Assembly: GCA_963803435.1 (NCBI GenBank)
Contig: CAWDML010000003.1
Span: 512,001 to 576,000, forward strand
Source: an uncultured delta proteobacterium
Lineage (GTDB): Bacteria > Myxococcota > Kuafuiibacteriia > Kuafuiibacteriales > Kuafuiibacteriaceae
DNA length: 64,000 nucleotides
Direction: 5' to 3'
This document shows, in pieces, positions 59,574 through 64,000 of the stretch; positions within the stretch are counted from its first letter, which is position 1, and each line of letters begins with the position of its first letter. A program made the position numbers and the translations under genes. The notes under the pieces were generated by a model. The model worked only from the letters and a program-made list of their open reading frames with translations. It searched no databases and was not told where the DNA came from.

Positions 59574-60673
59574 TGCTGTACTGGCTGCTCTATCAACAGC
59601 TCGGCATCAACTTCTTCCGGTATCCCTCGACGCGGATCCTGCTGGCGGCGATCTTCGCCCTGCTGTCTTCGATCTACTTCGGCCCGATCTTCATCCGCTG
59701 GCTGCGCAGGATGGCCATCGGACAGGAGGTCCGGCTCGACGGTCCGGAGGCGCACCTCAAGAAGCAGGGCACGCCCACGATGGGCGGGACCTTAATCCTC
59801 TTCTGCGCCACCATCCCGACGCTCCTCTGGGTCCAGCTCGACAACCGCTACGTGTGGTTCGTGATGATCATCCTGCTGGGTTACGGCCTGGTGGGCTTCG
59901 TCGACGACTACCTCAAGGTGGCGCTCAAGAACCCGGACGGGCTGCCCGGGCGCTTCAAGCTGATCGGCCAGCTGGTCTTCGGGCTGATCGCCGTCGGCTA
60001 CCTGTTCTGGGCCACGCCGTACTCCACGAACCTCTCGCTCCCGTTCGTGAAGCCGTCGATCTTCTCCCCCGACATCGGCTGGCTCTACGTCCCCTTCGCG
60101 CTCCTGGTCCTGCTCGCCACCAGCAACGCGGTCAACCTCACCGACGGCCTCGACGGCCTCGCGATCGTGCCCACCGTGATCAGCGGCGCCGTCTTCCTGG
60201 TCCTCGCCTACGCGGCCGGGGCGACGATCTCCGGCTTCAATCTGGCCGCCTACCTCAGGATCCCCGAGACGCCCGGCGCCGAGGAGCTGGCGGTCTTCTG
60301 CGCCGCGTTCTGCGGATCCGGTCTCGGCTTCCTCTGGTACAACGCGCACCCCGCGGAGATGTTCATGGGCGACGTCGGCTCGCTCGCGCTGGGCGGCGCG
60401 CTCGGTGCGCTCGCGATCGTCACCAAGAACGAGTTCGTCAGCGCGATCATCCACGGCGTGTTCGTCGCGGAGATGTTGTCCGTCGTCTTCCAGGTGGGCT
60501 GGTTCCGCTATACGCGGAAGCGGTACGGCGAGGGGCGGCGCATCTTCCGGATGGCGCCGCTTCACCATCACTTCGAGAAGAGCGGGTGGCCGGAGCCCAA
60601 GGTGATCGTCCGCTTCTGGATCCTCTCGGTCCTGCTCGCCATGGCCGGTCTCGCCACCTTGAAGCTTCGCTAG
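59573..60673 (+). CDS. mraY: Phospho-N-acetylmuramoyl-pentapeptide transferase
   Basis: KQGTPTMGG, GFVDD, NAVNLTDGLDGL, FMGDVGS and MAPLHHHFE. Confidence 0.97.
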   Translation: MLYWLLYQQLGINFFRYPSTRILLAAIFALLSSIYFGPIFIRWLRRMAIGQEVRLDGPEAHLKKQGTPTMGGTLILFCATIPTLLWVQLDNRYVWFVMIILLGYGLVGFVDDYLKVALKNPDGLPGRFKLIGQLVFGLIAVGYLFWATPYSTNLSLPFVKPSIFSPDIGWLYVPFALLVLLATSNAVNLTDGLDGLAIVPTVISGAVFLVLAYAAGATISGFNLAAYLRIPETPGAEELAVFCAAFCGSGLGFLWYNAHPAEMFMGDVGSLALGGALGALAIVTKNEFVSAIIHGVFVAEMLSVVFQVGWFRYTRKRYGEGRRIFRMAPLHHHFEKSGWPEPKVIVRFWILSVLLAMAGLATLKLR

Positions 60674-60682
60674 GAGGGATCG

Positions 60683-62101
60683 ATGGAGCGCGTCAGGTCC
60701 CAACCGTTCAGTCCCGCCATGGAGGCCCGCGCGCGCGTGCCCGCGATGCGCGAGCGCCTCGAGAAGGGCGGCCTCGCGGCGGCCGTGGTCGGCTGCGGTA
60801 GGAGCGGGATCGCCGCGATCGAGCTGCTCCTCGCCCGCGGCGCCCGGGTCTCGGTGCTCGACGATCGACCGGTGGCGCTGCCCTCGGGGCTGACCGTCGC
60901 TCCGATCTCGAAGCCCGCCGTCGACGCCGCCGATCTGGTGGTGCTCAGCCCGGGCGTGCCGCGGATCCGGCCCGAGCTGATGGACGCGATCGCGCGGGGA
61001 AAGCTGGTCTCGGAGATCGAGCTCGCCTCCTGGTTCGTGCGCGCGCCGATGGTCGGCGTCACCGGAACCAACGGAAAGTCCACCACGACCGCGCTCGTCG
61101 CCCACCTCCTCGAGCGCGCGGGCAAGCGCGTCTTCGCCGGCGGCAACCTGGGCCGTCCACTCTCGGAGCTCGCCCTCTCCAACGACGACGTCGACGTCGC
61201 GGTGGTCGAGCTCTCCTCGTACCAGCTGGAGTCGATCGTCGAGGCGAGCTTTGCGGTGGCATGCTGGCTCAACCTCACGCCGGATCACGTCGATCGTTAT
61301 CCGGATGTCGCTACGTACGCCGCCGCCAAGCGACGGCTGCTGGAGCGCCGCTCGATCAACGGGATCGCGGTGCTCAACGCGAAGGATCGCTGGTGCTCCG
61401 AGGCCGGCATCCACCTCGGCGGTCCGATCCGCTGGTTCGCCGCCGCCCAGGACTCCGATCTGGCCGGTCCGATGGGGACCCTCGCCACCGGCGACCTGGC
61501 GGTGCGGACGGTCTGGGACGAGCGGGAGCCCTATCGCCTCGACAACCCGGCGCTCCCCGGGATCCACAACCGTGCCAACGCCAGCGCCGCCATCGAGTGT
61601 GCGCGGGCGTTCGACGGTGTCCCGCCCGAGGCCGTCCAGGCGGGGCTCGACTCCTTCGCCGGTCTCCCGCATCGCCTCGAGCGCGTCGCGGTGATCGCGG
61701 GCGTCGAGTGGTACAACGACTCGAAGGCCACCAACGTGGACTCGGCGGTGATCGGCGTGCGTGCGATCGCCGGCCCCAAGGTCCTGATCGCGGGCGGCAA
61801 GGACAAGGGCTCTCCGTGGGCGCCGCTGGTCGAGGCGGCGAAGGAGGGTGGCGTGAAGCTGGTGCTCGCGGTCGGCGCGGCGCTCCCGATCGTCGTCGAG
61901 TCCTTCGCGAAGAGCGGCATCGAGGTGCGGGAGGCCGTCACCCTGGAGCGCGCGATCGCGATGGCGAGCCAGGTGGCGCGGCACGGCGACCGCGTCCTGC
62001 TCTCGCCGGCCTGCGCCTCCTTCGATCAGTTCGAGAACTTCGAGGATCGCGGGGATCAGTTCCGCGCGATGGTCCAGGCGCTGGGAGGAGAGCGGACGTG
62101 A
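60683..62101 (+). CDS. murD: UDP-MurNAc-L-Ala:D-Glu ligase
   Basis: SPGV, GVTGTNGKSTT, ELSSYQL, HRLE, NDSKATN and LSPACASFDQF. Confidence 0.96.
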   Translation: MERVRSQPFSPAMEARARVPAMRERLEKGGLAAAVVGCGRSGIAAIELLLARGARVSVLDDRPVALPSGLTVAPISKPAVDAADLVVLSPGVPRIRPELMDAIARGKLVSEIELASWFVRAPMVGVTGTNGKSTTTALVAHLLERAGKRVFAGGNLGRPLSELALSNDDVDVAVVELSSYQLESIVEASFAVACWLNLTPDHVDRYPDVATYAAAKRRLLERRSINGIAVLNAKDRWCSEAGIHLGGPIRWFAAAQDSDLAGPMGTLATGDLAVRTVWDEREPYRLDNPALPGIHNRANASAAIECARAFDGVPPEAVQAGLDSFAGLPHRLERVAVIAGVEWYNDSKATNVDSAVIGVRAIAGPKVLIAGGKDKGSPWAPLVEAAKEGGVKLVLAVGAALPIVVESFAKSGIEVREAVTLERAIAMASQVARHGDRVLLSPACASFDQFENFEDRGDQFRAMVQALGGERT

Positions 62102-63273
62102 AGCGCGGCGAAGACGAGAACCGACCCACGATCCTCCCGCTGCCGGAAGGGATCCGCGGCGCCGAGGTGGCGAAGAACGTCGACCCCTGGATCGCGGCCG
62201 CCACCGTCTTCCTCCTCTCGCTGGGGACCGTGCTGGTCTACAGCGCCAGCGCGGTGCGGGCCCAGGCCAGCGGCGACGCCGGCTTGTACCTGGTGAAGCA
62301 CGGCGTTTCGATCGCGATCGGGTTGGTGGCGATGGGGATCGCGATCCGCATGCCGGTCGAGAGGTGGAGCCGGATCGCCTATCCGCTCCTGGGGATCGCG
62401 ATCGCGCTCCTGATCATGCTGCTCGTCCCCGGCGTGGGCCGCCGGGTGAACGGCGCGCTCCGGTGGCTCTCGTTCGGCCCCGTGGGCTTTCAGCCCGGTG
62501 AGCTGGCGAAGCTCGCGATCGTGGTGTACCTCGCGCACTCGCTGGCGAAGAAGCGGGAGAAGGTCTCCTCCTTCTCGATCGGCTTCCTCCCTCACGTCCT
62601 CGTCACCAGTCTGGTGGTGGCGCTCGTCCTGATCGAGCCCGACATCGGTACCAGCGCGGTCATCTACGCGACGCTCGGCGTGATGCTGTTCGCGGGCGGG
62701 ACCAAGATCGGCTACCTGGTGCTGGCCGTCGTCGGCGCGATGCCGGTGGCGTACCACTACGTGATGACGCGCCCGCACGCGTGGGCGCGGATGCTCGTGT
62801 TCCTCAACCCCGAGGCCTTCAAGAAGGACATCGGCTACCAGGTCTGGGAGTCGCTGGTGGCGTTCGGCTCGGGCGGCGGCTTCGGGCTGGGCCTGGGGGC
62901 CGGCCAGCAGAAGCTCTACTTCCTCCCGGAGTCGCACACCGACTTCATCTTCGCGGTCCTGGGGCAGGAGCTCGGCTTCGCCGGCGTGGTGGCGGTCGTG
63001 ATCGCGTTCGCGATCATCATCGCGCGCGGCAGCTGGATCGCGAGCAAGGTGACCTGCCGCTTCCCCATGTTCCTCGCCTTCGGGATCACGACCTGGATCG
63101 GGATGCAGGCGATCACGAACATGGCGGTGGCGATCGCGCTCCTGCCCACCAAGGGGCTCACGCTGCCGCTGGTCTCCTACGGGCGGTCGTCGCTGGTGGT
63201 GACGATGCTGGCCGTTGGCATCCTCCTGCGCATCACCGCCGAGCACCGCCTCCAGGGAGGCCGCGAGCGGTGA
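62098..63273 (+). CDS. ftsW: Peptidoglycan glycosyltransferase FtsW (SEDS family)
   Basis: GTGA overlap with murD; FQPGELAK, EPDIG, YFLPESHTDFIFA and PTKGLTLPLVSYG. Confidence 0.95.
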   Translation: MKRGEDENRPTILPLPEGIRGAEVAKNVDPWIAAATVFLLSLGTVLVYSASAVRAQASGDAGLYLVKHGVSIAIGLVAMGIAIRMPVERWSRIAYPLLGIAIALLIMLLVPGVGRRVNGALRWLSFGPVGFQPGELAKLAIVVYLAHSLAKKREKVSSFSIGFLPHVLVTSLVVALVLIEPDIGTSAVIYATLGVMLFAGGTKIGYLVLAVVGAMPVAYHYVMTRPHAWARMLVFLNPEAFKKDIGYQVWESLVAFGSGGGFGLGLGAGQQKLYFLPESHTDFIFAVLGQELGFAGVVAVVIAFAIIIARGSWIASKVTCRFPMFLAFGITTWIGMQAITNMAVAIALLPTKGLTLPLVSYGRSSLVVTMLAVGILLRITAEHRLQGGRER

Positions 63274-64000
63274 AGATGCTGATCGCCGGCGGTGGGACGG
63301 GCGGCCACCTCTATCCGGGGGTCGCGCTGGCCGAGGAGGTCACCACGCGCCAGAAGGGCAACGAGGTGCTCTTCGTCGGTACCGCCCGCGGCATCGAAGC
63401 GCGCGTGGTGCCGGAGCTCGGCTATCCGCTGCAGCTGATCGACGTCGCCGGTCTCAAGGGCAAAGGCCTGTTCGGGATCGCGCGCGGGCTGTTCCGGCTC
63501 CCCGTCGCGCTCTACCAGTCGATCGGAATCCTGCGCCGGTTCCAGCCGGACGTCGCGGTCGGCGTCGGCGGCTACGCGTCTGGACCGGTGCTGGTGGCGG
63601 CGTGGTTGATGCGCAAGCCGATCGCGGTGCTGGAGCAGAACACGGTTCCGGGCGTGACCAACCGGCTGCTGGGCCGCATCGCCAATCAGGTCTACGTGAC
63701 GTTCGAGTCGTCGAAGCGCTACTTCCCCCGCCGCAAGGTGCTGGCCCTCGGAAATCCAATCCGGCGGCAGCTCCTCGAGAACTTCCTCCGCTCGAAGATC
63801 GACAGCAACGCTCGCTTCAACATCCTGGTGCTCGGCGGATCGCAGGGCGCGCACGCGCTCAACCTGAGGATGGTGGAGGCGGCCGGCAACTTCGGAACGC
63901 TGAAGGATCGGGTGAAGGTGGTGCATCAGACCGGCGCTGCCGACGAGCAGCTGGTGGCGAAGGGCTATCTCGACATTGGCATCGACGCCGACGTCCGCGC
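63270..64000 (+). CDS. murG: MurG glycosyltransferase (truncated by the window end)
   Basis: Translated from GTG 63270: IAGGGTGGHLYPG, GVGGYASGP, EQNTVPGVTNR, GNPIR, GGSQGA and HQTG. Confidence 0.95.
   Translation, partial: MKMLIAGGGTGGHLYPGVALAEEVTTRQKGNEVLFVGTARGIEARVVPELGYPLQLIDVAGLKGKGLFGIARGLFRLPVALYQSIGILRRFQPDVAVGVGGYASGPVLVAAWLMRKPIAVLEQNTVPGVTNRLLGRIANQVYVTFESSKRYFPRRKVLALGNPIRRQLLENFLRSKIDSNARFNILVLGGSQGAHALNLRMVEAAGNFGTLKDRVKVVHQTGAADEQLVAKGYLDIGIDADVR

Overview
High-GC bacterial chromosomal window, most likely from a Myxococcota (delta-proteobacterial) genome. The evidence is an aglRQS-type gliding motor, many Cys-rich, TPR and lipoprotein genes, Hanks-type kinases, a class II HMG-CoA reductase with mevalonate kinase, and an archaeal/eukaryote-type ProRS. 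It is densely coding, and I found no rRNA, tRNA, CRISPR array or mobile element. In order it carries: a tandem ArsA/Get3-like ATPase pair; a TPR lipoprotein; a biotin carboxylase/BCCP operon with a small cytochrome c; proS; a membrane-anchored MutS-like ATPase with arsC; a GH-A-clan hydrolase; a PBP7-like endopeptidase; an exported superoxide-reductase-like protein; a Ser/Thr kinase; aglRQS; a PilT paralogue; several surface lipoproteins; mvaA-mvk; an octaheme cytochrome c / cupredoxin-like / outer-membrane-barrel unit followed by ppk1, a degenerate PHP protein and a patatin; a PrkA / kinase-STAND ATPase / CheBR hybrid kinase signalling run; and the start of the dcw cluster (mraZ to murG). Three genes carry single-base frameshifts, two of them at the same CGAGAATC context, and one of these creates an apparent MurE-MurF fusion. 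The best leads are the orphan octaheme cytochrome module, the metal-ligand-less PHP protein with an RGG tail beside ppk1, the Cys-less exported SOR-like protein, and a widespread leaderless-promoter pattern. All family assignments come from motif recognition, not database searches.
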